Notes under the pieces: model-generated
Seen by the model: only the letters and a program-made list of their open reading frames with translations
The model's database searches: none
Told to the model about the DNA's origin: nothing
Made by a program: the position numbers and the translations under genes
Source: Phoronis australis
Taxonomy: Eukaryota; Animalia; Phoronida
Direction of reading: 5' to 3'
Assembly (NCBI GenBank): GCA_002633005.1
Contig: NMRA01000036.1
Span: 310,001 to 374,000, forward strand
DNA: 64,000 nucleotides
In this document: piece by piece, positions 12,123 to 26,088 of the stretch
Layout: each line of letters opens with the position of its first letter
Position numbering within the stretch: the first letter of the stretch is position 1

Positions 12123-13914
12123 ATAAATACACAAAACGTACCGAGCGTGGCGTACATGAAATAATATCCCACGAGACATTATTCTGATACGCGGAATAAT
12201 TTTTAGGTACGTTTGGTATTTATCCCATACGCATCTAATTCGCGAGTTTCTTTTGTTTTCTTTCGGCATTTTATAGATACTTCACCCTGACTGCTTAGTA
12301 CGTGGCTAATCACAACCTGTTGTGTATGTACGTGCGCGTTATGTTGCTAACTTATTATAGTAAAAGAAAACAGTTTTAAATGTAACGGTTTATTTCTCGA
12401 AATTGATAAAAAGTGTGAAAACGACAGTTATCGTGCATTGAACTTGTATCATATTTCGAAAATAAATAAATAACAAGAATATTTATAACATTGTAAAATC
12501 CTCATCGGGTAGCTGCACTCATTCATGAAACTAGGTCATTGACCGGAGCGCGTAGACTACACGTCGTCTGTTTTCACGAAGATGTTAAAAGTGCCATCGG
12601 TGATGACAGCTCCGGCGAATATGCCTGTTGTAACGTTGTTGCAGGTACGTTGTCGCATTTCTACGGATTCTGTAGCCTTGGTAAAAAGCTGTATACTAAA
12701 TATACGACAGTCTATTGATACAGCTAGCTGACTGCCTACGGATTCTGTTGCATGGATAGGTTCACGTGTTGCTGGGACGGTCGTCGTTGCTGCTCGTGTA
12801 ATAATGTCGCCGATACTATCGGGTGCTGTCATGGCCAGTGACAACAATGTTTGATATTGGCGAGGAACCGGTGCCTGAGGTGCAGACGATATATCTTAGC
12901 AATTGAAAACTGAGACAGAACTGTCGTATAATGAACAGTCCTGTTCCAGGTGTTACGATTGAGACCTGGTTGCATTTTGAGTGGTATTTACACTGCTACA
13001 ATTGTATTACTTTAAGCTATTTTCCGAAAGTTTGATGATCTAACCGGGTAACGACGTCGAATCGACATTGACCTACCTTTTGAACCTTCAATGTCAGAGG
13101 TCACTGTTGAAGTAGTGCGGGAGGTGAATATGGAAAACATTATTACATGGCTGTATTTCCCTAGACAGATTCAACGCGTATGGGATAAATACACAAAACG
13201 TACCGAGAGTGGCGTACATGAAGTAATATCCCACGAGATATTATTACGCGATACAAGGAATAATGTCAAGTGGGATATTACTTCATGTACGCCAATCGAG
13301 GTACGTTTTGTATTCATCCCATACGCTTCGAATTCCTAAGTTTCTTTCATTTTTTCCGCAGATTTTTTAAATACTTCACTCAGATTGTTCACGTGGCGGA
13401 TCACATCCTATATGTATGTACTTGCGCGTTAGGCTGCAAATTTTCTCTAGTAAAAGAAAAGCTTTAAATATGACGATTTATTTCTTGAAAAGAGATAGCA
13501 AAGATCAAGACAAGGGTAACTTTTCATTGAACTTGTAACATCTCCTGAAAATAGTTAAATAACAACAATATTTGATATTGTAGTTACCGATGAATCGGCG
13601 CCAGAGTTACGGACGATAAAATATTTAGCAAATGAAAACTGAGACAGAACTGTCATATAATTAACCGTCCTGTTCCAGATGTTACGACTGAGACGTGATT
13701 GTATGTTGAACGTTATTTACGCTGCTATATTTGTATTACTTTAAACTATTTTCCGAAAATTTGGTGATCAAACCGACTAACGACGTCGAGTCGACATTGA
13801 CCTACCTTTTGAACTTTTCATGTCAGAGGTCACTGTTGAAGTAGTGCGGGAGGTGAATACGGAAAACATTATTACATGGCCGTATTTCCCTCGACAGATT
13901 GAACGCGTATGGAT
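12123..13914. mobile_element. Head-to-tail dimer of the same repeat unit (copies 2 and 3), probable non-autonomous Crypton-type element
   Basis: Two units are joined at GCGTATGGGATAAATACACAAAACGTACC (13176-13204), with no TIR/TSD architecture. Copy 2 retains a minus-strand S/T-rich ORF tail (12557-12847) ending GIFAGAVITDGTFNIFV, reminiscent of DUF3504/Crypton recombinase C-termini. Confidence 0.55.
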
Positions 13915-14556
13915 GGAACTTCGACGAATCTATTAAAGTGCTCAGCTTAGTACACAGTACTGGTATATGAATTTGCAATCGTCTTTGACCAAAGGAATCA
14001 AACAATTGTTTTCTTTATTACACTGCTTAAAACCACATTATACCGTATTTTGACAACTGACTGAATTGTCAGCATCACTGAACGTTCCTTTATAGCAATG
14101 TAGTGTATATCACAACCGTGACTTCAATATCGCCAAAACGTGAAAACAGAATAAAGGTGAATTCCAAACAAACGCATCAAAGCCTTAGGTTTAATAAGGA
14201 AAGCGCTTTGAATCACGTGACGCGAGCGCTTCGAATTGTTAGACGTCGCTAAAGAACGACATGCTTTACATCTTGGTTTCGTTGACGATGCAACTTGAGA
14301 AACGCTCGCTAAAAATGAAAGCGCTTTCCGAGAGCGCGTCGTTTCAAAGCACATTCTCGCAGACCGTTGTTTTTCAGAATCAAGGAAAGCTTTTCAGACC
14401 ACGATGCTCGTTATCTATATGACTGAATAGAACACGTAATACAGAAGTTCTTAAAATGCAAAATTTTGACATGTAACAAAAATGTAACGTTCCATCTTAC
14501 AAAAACAATGAACGGCTTCGTCCAGTTTTGTCCTGTCCCTTAAGGCCCGTAATTAT

Positions 14557-15098
14557 ACAGGCCTGGAACGAGATAAGCAAACTTAATTGCAGTATTGAAA
14601 GTGATTTTCTGACAATGAAACAGAATTCAACTTGCTCACCAAGTATTTTTAGGGTTTGTTCGTCAAGATTTAAATTTCTGTTGATATCAAATGATTTTCT
14701 TTAAGTTTCAAATTTCATAGAAACAACCTATCAACTGCTCCCCACTTCGTCGATTTTTCACTCATAAGGCAAAGCACGTCTCCCCAAATGGCATGGCAAC
14801 ACACAGACGTAGCACATTTCAACTATATGGAAAATTTGACCTTTGACCGCAAGCGACTTCAAATACATGACTGTAAGCGCATGCGCGCATTAATCGTAAA
14901 TGGGATGGAGTTTAGAACCTCAGTGGTATCGCAGAGTTTTTCCTTCGCGCGTATTTCAAAAATCGTTAATTTTGCGATTTTTTCACGAAATTTCTTCACA
15001 GGTGAAGTGAAATATTCTGTACTAGACGTTGCGAGATGGTAATTTCGTGAGGAATTGTTTAAATGATATTTTTGACGAGCTTTCGCGTTCCATGCCTG
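14557..15098. mobile_element. Unclassified TIR-bounded MITE-like element
   Basis: Imperfect inverted ends ACAGGCCTGGAACGAGA and TCGCGTTCCATGCCTGT. Confidence 0.4.
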
Positions 15099-16211
15099 TT
15101 TAAAGGGGTTTGGATAGATTCTATTGAAGAAAGTGGTCACTCAAATTTGTGACATCGAGGATTTGGGCCGCTGCGGTTGCAAACAAAAGAAACAACGTGG
15201 GTGAAGGCGGAAAAAAGCTTCAAAACGCTTTCCTTATTGAACGCAAGGCTGGTTTCGCATTCACGCTCTATTATGAATTACAGGCAAATGGAAACAAATT
15301 GTTCATTTTATCGCTTCAGCAATTTAAACGCGTTACGAACCACGTATCTGCGTTATACATTACCATAGACGCACACACACATTTAGTTCTGTCTATGTGC
15401 ATTACGCGCTATAGAATCGTAGTTCGGCGGATTGACTTTTGGGTTCGGAATTAAGACTGATTTTGATTTTTTCGGAGCTTGAATTCAGCAATAAGAAGGC
15501 ATATTTCTCAGTTCCTAAATTTTATTCAGCCGTTCGGAAGTTTCGAAAGCTGGTAGTTTTGGAGATCATACACCTCAGTGGTTTGAGCTCCTGACTTCGT
15601 AGCCTTGGTGCCAAGATGTTTCGAGGGTAACCATTCAATAATAAACGAATACTATCCATTACTCGTGCTTTTGCACGGCCGGTTATCAGCTAGTATATGT
15701 CGTGAAACTTATATCAGCATGTAGAGTTTACGACTGGCGGGGGTCTTGCACGCAGAATCTGGGAATCAGACGACCGTTACAGCCGTTGAAGGAAAAAAAC
15801 TATCTATTAAACGTACCACAATTGCGTAATTCTCCGCCTTTTGTATCAAAGAAAAGTCTGTCATCGCTTTGAAAACAGGGCGCTATTTCCTAAAATTTAT
15901 CGATGTCTCTCGAGAAATGATGACAGCAGAACTTGTTCTGAAATTGGGTTTGCTGGTATTAAAATACTAAAAGCTTGTAACGAAATGAAATCAGTTCCAA
16001 TAATTTGTTGTGACATGTTCGCAACCTCGTAGAAGAGAAGAACAATGTCTTGAAGAATTGGGGGAATTGGCCAATAGGTGACGCAATATTTCATGGCGGC
16101 GAAAACCGACGCAAAAGAGCACACCACAACTTTAGCAACAGGATAACGGTAGAACGCTAAAAATTTTCCAACACTGATAAATAATTTAGTTTACATAAGG
16201 CAGAATGTAGT

Positions 16212-16715
16212 TTTTAACGACGTTTTTAATTTTGGCGGCGACAGCCCCGAAGAAGTATATACGCAACAGAAGCTACGCTGGCGGGAGTGAAATTAAGCCG
16301 ACGGACTGGCGTTACCCACTCCATAACGCCGACCGACTGACGCTTCCAAGGCCAGTACGAAACTGGCCAACCTCCGTCCGCGTCCGCGAAATAACGGCCC
16401 TCCAGAAAAAATAGAACACTTCGAATCTAAATAGGGCCTGGTGCACTACCTATGACAAAGGCGGTGCCGAAATGGGCACAACGAAGGTCTGTATTGAAGC
16501 AGGGGAGATGATCGTTCGTGCGTCACTTTGCATTTCATATAACAGATAGATATTTGATAGATATTTCCGAAATAAGAACTGATTTGAGCAAATTTTCCAA
16601 TCTGTATAAAGAATTCCATTTATTAGACTACAATTGTACTGCATTGGAACAAAATTGTCAAATCTCAAATACAACCCACAGAAATTAGGTTTTCTTTAGG
16701 TAGACGTCGTTAAAA
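16212..16715. mobile_element. Unclassified element bounded by 12-bp inverted repeats
   Basis: TTTTAACGACGT (16212-16223) and ACGTCGTTAAAA (16704-16715), with a GC-rich interior. Confidence 0.35.
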
Positions 16716-16738
16716 CATAATTATTATTACGATTAACC

Positions 16739-16863
16739 CAGGGGAGGATCCAGGATTTTGAGTTGGGGGGGTGGCAGGGAACATTCGCATCCCTGAATAG
16801 CCAAATGGAATTTAGGAGAATTTTAGGGGGGCATGGCCTCTTAGCCCCCTAAATCCGCCACTG
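16739..16863 (+). mobile_element. MITE family B (CAG...CTG termini), 5-bp TSD TAACC
   Basis: CAGGGGAGGATCC ... AAATCCGCCACTG. TAACC occurs at 16734-16738 and 16864-16868. Homologous to 25042-25253. Confidence 0.75.
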
Positions 16864-17059
16864 TAACCAATTTCTTTTAATAAATTTGATAGACTTTTAC
16901 CCTCAAAACTTCATTGATAGTTTTAAAGAACGTTCTTCAACAATAAAAATTGGCCTCGAAAAGAAAAGAATATATTTTCCCTATAATTTGATGGCAATGA
17001 CAGTTTAAAGTTAAAGTATCAATTGACCCGGCTGGTAAATTGTATTTTTCCGGTCATTT

Positions 17060-18060
17060 TTTAAAATTTTATTACGAAATCTTCAGAATACAATGATTAT
17101 ACATAACCCAGAAAGCGCCAAGAGGCATTAGATCTGGGTTAAAAAGTACAAAGAAGTCTATATACAATTATCATACACGGATACATAAATTAAAAAAAAC
17201 TGATGTTAAGATTACAATGACATATGATTACGAATGTAAAAAATTCATTTTCATACACATATATACAATTCTATCCACTCACACAAAGAGATTTAATGTT
17301 ATAAAGAAATTCTGATACTATTTCGAATAAAACCTTATTTTCATTTGGGTTGAGTTCTTGACATCCATATAGAAAAAAATTAATTTTGTTGAACAATTGC
17401 GGAATTTCAGAATATTTTTTTGTAAACATTGGGGTATTGTTCGAGTGTCTGGAAAAGCTGTACCCTCTGCTCCTTGCAGCAAAGAAAACATGAGGATATG
17501 TCTGGGTGTCTCCACAGGTCATTCAACCGGTTTTTTCATTTAAGTCTGCTTGCAAACTGTCTTCTGTGTTGTGCAAACTGAAATCACCTTTTCCAATTTT
17601 AAAATGAAGTTACGCTGTGTATAATATCTCTTGCAATGACTACCCTGCTTTTTATACTGGCCTACTATATACTGTACACCTAACAAAATCAGTGTCCATA
17701 GACACTATACTAAACTAAACATGGACGCTGTGCTGACAATATCTGGATTCTCAACCATGAGTCGGATAAGGACATGTTGTATACTTTGGAATCTTTGTAC
17801 ATAACATACTAGAGCATCTTTAAACAATCAACTAGTAAGTAGTGTGCCTTTGAATTTGTTCTAGGTGCATTGTCTCGTATGTGATTTTTACCATTGCACA
17901 TCTGGAATTTGCCTATTGTTGTAGTATTTTTGAATTTTGTATTTTCCGTGAAAAGTGCTCTGTTACTTGTATTAACTGATGAAGAATAAAGGTGAAACGT
18001 TGTAAAGACGAAGGTTCTAATCACCGCGTTTATCATTCGGTTTCCGATTCTTACATGGTC
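17060..18060 (-). mobile_element. 3' portion of a decayed CR1/L2-type LINE
   Basis: Minus strand reads TCGDTQTYPHVFF...FFLYGCQELNPNENKVLFEIVSEFLYNIK, a typical post-RT C-terminus. A 3' stem-loop TAACCCAGA...TCTGGGTTA lies at 17104-17141, followed by an A-rich end. Confidence 0.7.
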
Positions 18061-21000
18061 GAAATTATTGTAATACGTTTAGGTGGCTTTAAGCCACGTC
18101 CAGCAGCTAGGCAATGGTAGTACCCATCACCGGCTTCCCGAATCGTGGAATCGCGAGCAGATGATCCTCAGTTTGACAATGCTTGTGGCCATTAGACCGC
18201 AACTTATTCCAAAAGTATGCTTGCAGTTTGTTTGGAAGAAATTTCCGGGGATACCAGTTCGACACTTACTTCGTCTCAACAAACATTCCACCCGAAGTTC
18301 TATATTCCGTAGCAAGAACCAACATAGGAATAAACGAATGCAAACACATCCCATGTATGCTCGATGCAGTCTCATCTGCGCGAGATCGAAGTTGGCATTC
18401 CAGGTATACAGTTCTATGGTTTAGGGTAAGAGGGAGGCAAACCTAGTTAGAATTAGTACTTATCGTTAAGTGGCAATCAAGTCATAAAGCAGGTTACTTC
18501 TGTTGTCTGATCATCGAGATAATCACTGTTCGTTCAATGCATATCATAGCTCATACATCTTATAATGATTATACGTAAATGATTGCATAAATCTCATTCA
18601 CGCCGTATCGACAAGCGAAAGTAGAGAGAGAATCGTTTGGAGATTATAGGTTTAGTTTATGTGGCCATTATATGACAGGCTTTATGACAATTAGCTGATT
18701 CATTATCCATGCGTATTTAAGGAGAAAGTTCAAGAGTTGCACGAGTCGCACACAAATGGCAATAATTCTCTCACCATCGCTAAAGAGCTTGGCTTTTCGA
18801 AACGGATTCGGATTCTTGTTAGGTGTTAAATGTGCGAGGGATTCTCGAGATCCCGTTCTGCTTTGATGAGTGATTACGTCGATAAAGAAATTCCATGTCA
18901 ATAGAACTGTGAACGGAATTTTTGTGAATTTTTCAAGCTAAGATCCATATTTTTCTACCAAATCTTATCAGTGAATAAAACTAACATTTCCACTATTTTT
19001 GCGTTCATTTGATAAACTTTCAATGTTCTGGAGAAACTCTCACGAACGGGCATTTCATTGCCACGGGTCCATTTCAAGAAAAGTAAAAAACGACCAAATT
19101 TGGCCAACTTTGGAATATCATATGTCTGAAAAAGCTGCTCAGACTTTCAGATACTATACTTTATGAGCTATTTTCAAAACACTGCCAGGAATTGTTTCTA
19201 AAATTTTACACTTTTGCATGAGGGGCTATTAAGTAGGACTTTTTTGAAAAAATCGAAAATGAAATGATAATTAAAAAACTGTAACATAGTCTTTGAGATT
19301 TCATTTCGAACATTTACATCAAACAAGATTTAGTCATGTCATAGATACCGTCATTTTGCTATCAGCATGCCTTTTATTTTTTGCTTAACTTTACTAAAAT
19401 GTATCATCACAGGACTTAATGAGTGGCAGAAAGTCTAAAACCAAATTCTACATGCATTCTATTTTCAGAAAAGATAAGATCTAGGCTTTTAAAGTCTTTA
19501 ATTTTTAGATATGTTTGTTAACACAGACTTATCGATATGGTCCTACTTAGCCTGGAGACTTAAGTAAAATATTTTGTCTTCCCACACAGCAATTTATGAA
19601 AAAACAACTCCTCAGCAAAGGCCTCTACAAATATACTTACTATTTCTAGATGTTCAGATGATTCTCATAACGTGATGTGCTAGCAGTTACACTTGTGGAG
19701 TGGGTGCGTAGTCAAAATTTACTTTTCTTGAAACAGATCCCAGTGCATGGCTTATAGCAGCATTAGAGTATCGCTTATAAATGGACATTGCCGTTTTTTG
19801 CGGTCGAATTATCATGGTTGAATGGGGTACACTTCTTGAATTTCACCTTCCATCTTTCCCTTACAACAGATAATAAAGCTTAAATTTGACCCAATGAAAG
19901 TCATCAAATTTGTGACTTTCTCCAAGGTGCCTATATGCAAAAACTACATTTCGCATGCCAGGAAGTAGCTGAAGCGTTGCGTACTGGGATTGACCCAAGT
20001 AGCCAAGTGTCGGTACATGGTGTGCGTGAACAGTAGACGTGACTGGGACAAGCCCTTTGAAGCGTGAACCGTTGCAGAACATTGGCTGCTGAGTTGTAGA
20101 AATGCAAGCACCAAGGGCGTCAAACTTGAACGTTGCGAGGTAAATACCATTACTACAGATTTCGACCCCTTTTCACCCATTTTGTACTTTCACATAAATT
20201 TTGTAGATATATTGGTAAAGCTTTTAACATATTTTCCGCACTTTTGACTGATGTTCTTCACGAGAAAATCGGTCAAGAGGACAAAAACTTGAAAGCTAGT
20301 CGTTACTTGGATCTATCTCAAGATGCACCGTGGCACCAGAGGGCGCGGCTTTCAAAATGTCGTATCTGCATATCGGCTATTAGGTAACAACTTTGAATGC
20401 CCGGTTTCAAAACAAATTCAAATAAAGAACTACAACCAAAATGTCCACCTATGTTTAAATAATAATTCAAAACTTTATTAGACTAGATTCTAAGTGCACT
20501 TTTTACGGGATCGGACACGTTTATCCCCGACTTTTCTGTCGTGGCCGAAATTTGTCCCTACGTTCTGACTTCGAAACACCATCTTTATTCAAAAAGGTTT
20601 TAGCACCAAAACATAAGTTTAGCGGTATTGACTTAAGATTCTGTGGCTAGACGTCGTCCTTGAATTCACAATGACTGGTTATAGAGCAAACAATTATCCG
20701 AAATCGTCAGGCACTCGCTTAGACACACTTGATTACTTACCGCCGTGGTCTTTGCTTGTGTAAGGCGACGTCACGCGATCGAGTGGGCGGAGCGACAGAC
20801 AATTTGGCGACTGTTCCATTGTACTTATACAAGAACAAAAACATTATAATAATACGTGGTCGTTGCTTCTGATTTATGCGTACCTTGAAGTCGCGATATG
20901 ACATGTTTTGGTGTTAAAACATCAATTGTCTTGGCAGGCGTATTTGCTCTACCAAAGCAAAGTCGTCCCGTTGTTCTCATTTTGTTTGAATTGAAGTTGG

Positions 21001-21989
21001 TTACAATTAATCAACTGAAACTCCCATGACAGCCGTACTGCTTTTGCGGCTGAAAACAACCGTAAGAAACGCAATGGGTCAGGTCTGAAGTAATGGCCAA
21101 GCGTCAGTTCCTTTTAAAGTAATAAAAATACATTTCTGATCTGAATAAGGAACAAAATCACAGCAATTTTACAACAGTGAGCGACTTTAATAAAACGTTC
21201 GTTTTTGACAGGCACCCGTTTATTTCAACCCAACGAGACCTTCAGAAAAGGTACCAGACAATGCTACAGGAACAATAATCTCCTTCCACGTTTTAAATAT
21301 GGTGATTTGAATTATTCGCAGTCTTTAGTTTTGCTTCACAGCTAATATGAGTGTCGTAATCAAGACAGAAAGAAATATTAATGTGGAGCATGAACTTGAG
21401 AATTAGTATCTCAAGTTTTGCTCTTTGGTGTCATATTTCCATATGATTTAACAAGGAAAAAATCAATTTTACAGATTTTTGTTGACCAACTGGCATTTAC
21501 GTCAATGTTAACATACCAACCTGGTATTTGTTTTTCAGTCTAAGAATAGAGATATTGATCTGGTCCGTCTCAAGCTTCTAAATTTTTCAAGTTACCCTGT
21601 CATAACGCAAACAAGGGTAATCACATTACTCAGCATTAGAAATATCATGTTGGTCTATTTGAAACCGGCCTTCGGGGCCTACCAACGTGAGTACAACCTG
21701 AAAGGATTACATACCGCGGCCGTTTTGGAACACATCAAGCTGCCAAATGTGCCTTCAGAATGTTGGTGGCGACTTAAGACTCACTGGCCTCACACGCCAA
21801 ACGCAATTTCTTTGTACTGAGATTCCCGTCACATTTTGTGTTTTGCAACAAAGTTGTTGATACCTTTCGGCACTAAAACACAACTTTAAAATCTTAATGT
21901 GAATTAAAAATCAAAACTGAATACTAGAGTACGATCAGATTGCGACAAGCTATCGATCGAATTTGATTTATTATTTGCTCAGCAATCGT

Positions 21990-22270
21990 AGGTTTTCGGC
22001 CCTAAAAAGTGGGCCCACCTATATTAATACGGGCGCCCCGGGCGTCGGCCACCTTCCGGCAGGGTCACTTATATTAATATAGTTCATCCTGCTCGTCGGC
22101 CGCCTTCAGGCGGGTTCGCTTATATTAATATAGGGGACCTCGAAGGTGATCACAGAGTGGGGCATTCTATAGCAAGCCCTGTTTTAAGGCCGCCGAAGAG
22201 CGAAGCGAGTTATATTAATATAGGCCCCTCGTTTTAGGACATCCAATATTAATATTAGGAGGCGCCACTG
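21990..22270 (-). mobile_element. One end of a hAT-like non-autonomous element with palindromic subterminal repeats
   Basis: Terminus CAGTGGCGCC on the minus strand at 22270, with five (T/A)ATATTAATA(T) palindromes separated by GC-rich spacers. Confidence 0.5.
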
Positions 22271-22476
22271 TTTGTCTACCTTTGGTCATGGCCCTCTGAC
22301 TATTACAGGAGGTCCCAATGTTCAGCCATCTTCTTGTTGGGTCCATTGAAATTGCATAATTGGCCCGCTAAACGAGGTACCTTATTTGGAATATTGCAGT
22401 TAATAGATGCTTTGTGGCTAAGCAAGGGAAGTCGAAAATAACGTCAAGGTGATGAAATTACACCAATTAAGAAAAA

Positions 22477-22622
22477 CGCCGCCACCTCCTCCACCACCGC
22501 CACAAACAACATTTACACTGTCACCTACAACCTTACCACCAATACCGTCACCACCACCGCTATCACCACCACATCCACCAGAAACACCATCCACACCACC
22601 ATATCCACCACCACCACCGCCG
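22477..22622 (+). repeat. (CCA)n-type low-complexity repeat
   Basis: Degenerate CCA/CCG/CCT triplet run. Confidence 0.85.
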
Positions 22623-25041
22623 ACCCTGCTACGCAGAAGCTTACGGTACGTAGCCTTCTTCCGGCCTTTAGAGCGCAGTCAGCTTCGTGCAAATCTAAAA
22701 TACTACACTCATTCGATAAAATAGGGAACTCTAGCCTGGAATGCCAACTTTGAACTCGCGTTCCTGAGGTTGAGCCGCTCGTGCGTGGGTTTTGTTTATA
22801 TTCCTTTGTTCCGTTGCTGATTATTTCTATGGAGTTTACTGTCACTAAAACTTTTCGCAACTTCGCGTCAGTTCTTCATGGTATTTGGGTGTAGCAGAAA
22901 CAAATGATACACAATTTATTCATAAGTAATCATCATTTCGCATAATTGACAAGCTTAAAAATATTTTCACCCAAATGCGAAAAATAACAAGTGTGTTATA
23001 ATAACATAGAAAAAGAAATAAAACTTAGAGGTAATATATAATACTAAATAAACCAGCGAAGAAATAATTTCAGTGATTCAAAAGATTTCTTCTCTGTCAA
23101 GACAAAGATTGCGTGTGCTTCAAAACTGCGGATGCTTCAAAAAACCATGAAACGCTTTTTATGTTATTTAGTTTTCCATTTCAATTCAAACCAACACCTG
23201 GTTTGATTTCGGAACCATACGAACGAACGCCAAAAGCAAGTGTTTTTTTCTTAAAAATGGCGCTGAAGCAAATAAAGGCACTCTTTCGTAAAAAAATTAC
23301 TTACTTTTTGAATGCTAAGCATAATTGAACGTCATATGCAAGATATTTCAATAATATTTCATTAACGGTAAAAATATGTTTTTGTCACTCCACAGCAATT
23401 AGCATGAAAAATCACATTATTTGGACGTAAACTAATGAGGAAGCATGTATACATGAATGTACACGCACTGTTTTCGTACTGGGCGAGCGCTGACAAAAAC
23501 ATTTACTGCAATCCGCGAGCCTAATAGCTGTGCGTATTTTTTAAATATTGGAGTGCGCCAGAGCGCCGTTTTACTCAACTGGTTCGCGTATAGGCGTTAA
23601 CACTTGATTCCAAATACAGGCATACCTTCGAATGCAGGACCGACGCCTAAATACGGGCACCGACCGTAAAAATAAAACGTTGTATTTATCAGTGATGGAA
23701 TTTTGTCATGCCAACAATTGTACGATGACACCTGGCTTACCTCAATATCCAACTTATCCTGGTGGTTTGGGAGTTGACCCAATTATGTTGTACACCCAGC
23801 AGAATTAATGAAGTCAGGAACATATTGAAACATTAAACAAACGTTGTAAGTTGTAAATGTTACATTTCTGTCAAATTTTTAAAATTCAGAAGCTTATTTA
23901 GAGAACGATAATATCAGCAGCCTGAGGCAATTTAATTAACCACAACAGCATGGTGTCTTTGTCTAAACTGGTAGATTCTGAGGTACCCAAACCAGTCAAT
24001 TTGCCCAATCTCGACCGGTTAGTGCTTCACCGTACTATTCTTTTCATGCAATAAATGATGACATTTTAAAAGTCTTAAGACTTACATTTTTGTGATCTTA
24101 GTGATTCCTGACTTTTCTGAAAGAACAGTTAACTTATCTTTTTCAGTTTTTAATTTGTTAGCATCTGACATTCAGATGTCGGATATTGCAAGCTTCAATC
24201 CGCTGCCAACCAATAAAATCACGAAGGTGTGACAAAAGTGTATAAGCGAGCCGAAGATTCTTCACTTTCGGGATATTGATCCTAATCTTTGCTTTCTGTG
24301 TGTTGGTACCTCTCAATCTCCAATAAATGGTCTGCGCTCAAAAACATCGAATAAATTTAGCCCATTCATTAACCCGTCGTCTGCCATTACGCTATGCCCA
24401 CAATGAACTTTAAAATACTTCTCATACTGCTTTGTAAGTGCCACCCTAGAGAATGATTTATGAACTGCTATTAACAAAAAAGTCTAAGGGGAACTTTTCA
24501 TATTGGCACTCTTTAGAGTAATGAGCGCAAGAAAATGACTACCGATTAATCCCGACTCAGATTTGGTGGACAGAAATTGTGTTGCTATGTAGTGGTTTAT
24601 TGGATTAAAAACAGAGGAATAAATACCACTGTCACTCCCTCCCACTGTTCGATTAGTTATGTTCACTAATTTATTTGAACTTTTTGACACCAGCTGGGAT
24701 CGATATTTTTACGCTTTATGAGCGGATTCTTCTTCGCAGTGAGAAATATTTGGAACATGACTTCCTTGTTCATCCATTGACATTTCAAAAGACTTGCCTG
24801 TTTCGTAAAGCATGAGTTCATCCCACCACATATCAGTATAACTTTGTCGAAGTTAAAACCCTGTTTATACCATTATTTTGTAACCTCCCGTTTGCATCAC
24901 ATGAGACCTGTAGGTGGTGCAGAACACCAGTCTGACCGCGGTGTGGCGGGATCAACAGCTAATTTCAATATGACGCGGCTATTTCAAAAGCCAGCTATTC
25001 GTCATTTCCCACCGTACGACGTTATAACGTACATATATAAG

Positions 25042-25253
25042 CAGTAGTGGATCCAAAATTTTGAGTTAGGGGGAGGGGGCATGGCAGAGTATAAGCCAGG
25101 ATTTTGTTGAGTTAGAGGGAGGGGGCAGGGCAGAGTATTAGCCAGGATTTTGCCCGTCAGACATTCGCACTCCCGAACTGCCAAATGGAATCTGGGGGGA
25201 AATTTAGGGGGCGGGGGACATGCCCCCCTTGGCCCACATTAAATCCGCCACTG
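25042..25253 (+). mobile_element. MITE family B copy, 5-bp TSD ATAAG, with an internal tandem duplication
   Basis: CAGTAGTGGATCC ... AAATCCGCCACTG. ATAAG occurs at 25037-25041 and 25254-25258. An internal unit of about 47 bp (TTGAGTTAG...GCCAGGATTTT) is duplicated. Confidence 0.8.
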
Positions 25254-26019
25254 ATAAGACATGTAACAGGTTATCCCACATACACAGGAATATTGGTGCC
25301 ATATCCAATCAAGAATTTATTTCACTTGAGAGTATCCCAACGAGACCGAAGGTCGAGCTGGGACATTCCCAGACGAAATGTATTCGAGATAGGAAATCGT
25401 AGTAAGTATTTCTATGTATGTGGAATAACCTATTTATCTATGCATTGCAGCGATGTCTTGTTGCCATCTGCTTTAGCTTGTTGCTATGCGAGATGTTTAA
25501 TAACCAGTAAAGTTTATTCCATACCAGAATTTTTGTTTTGTGAAGTACTCAAGATATAACAATGAACCATTCAATAATATTAAACGTTCGTCGGGAACTT
25601 CGAAACAATCCATGTGGGAATATAAAAAGCGAAACATTTACGGAACAATTGTGCATGCAGCAGTGCCGTTTAAGCTGCGACAAGTTTCCTAGCTTTCTCT
25701 GTCTATTTTCGTGACTTAGCTTATTCTGGCATACAAATAGCAATAAAAATGTTTCCCACGTGTTGATGACAACATTGGAAAATAACGGTGGAAGCTGTGC
25801 TTATATGCAGAACTTAGAGTAAGGACTGTATCGCAAAAAGCAGATTTTACGGCACGCTACCTGCGAAGGAGAGCCGAGGAACGCTGCTAGCAGACGACTG
25901 TGTCGGTAAAACATACATACTCGATATTATACCACAATATCAGCCTCGAATGGCCAATACAACAGTGTAATAACCCATTTAGTTATCTCACTAGTGAAAT
26001 AACATTTTGGCGGGAATAG

Positions 26020-26088
26020 AGGCCGGTTTCGCAACCGGTCCACAAGAGTTTCGGGTCGTCGTCTTTACCACTGCAACACTCAGCGGCT
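26020..26088 (-). mobile_element. tRNA-derived SINE head (degenerate)
   Basis: Minus strand GCCGCTGAGTGTTGCAGTGGTAAAG ... GGTTGCGAAACC, resembling A and B boxes. Confidence 0.4.

Noticed and set aside
12810-12880. Tyrosine-recombinase box II motif (VTGHDS) in an alternative frame of the Crypton-like unit
   Set aside because: It needs multiple frameshifts to assemble and could be chance, so it was not used as evidence.
18080-18445. Possible hAT N-terminal TTF-type zinc-finger remnant (minus strand FWNKLRSNGHKHCQTEDHLLA)
   Set aside because: Only one weak motif, too degraded to call without a profile search.
22449-22860. Pro-rich and Val-rich ORFs
   Set aside because: Both are translations of the (CCA)n low-complexity tract, with no splice or domain support.
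24200-24800. Possible LTR-retrotransposon integrase relic
   Set aside because: The motif matches need several frameshifts and cannot be supported by eye.
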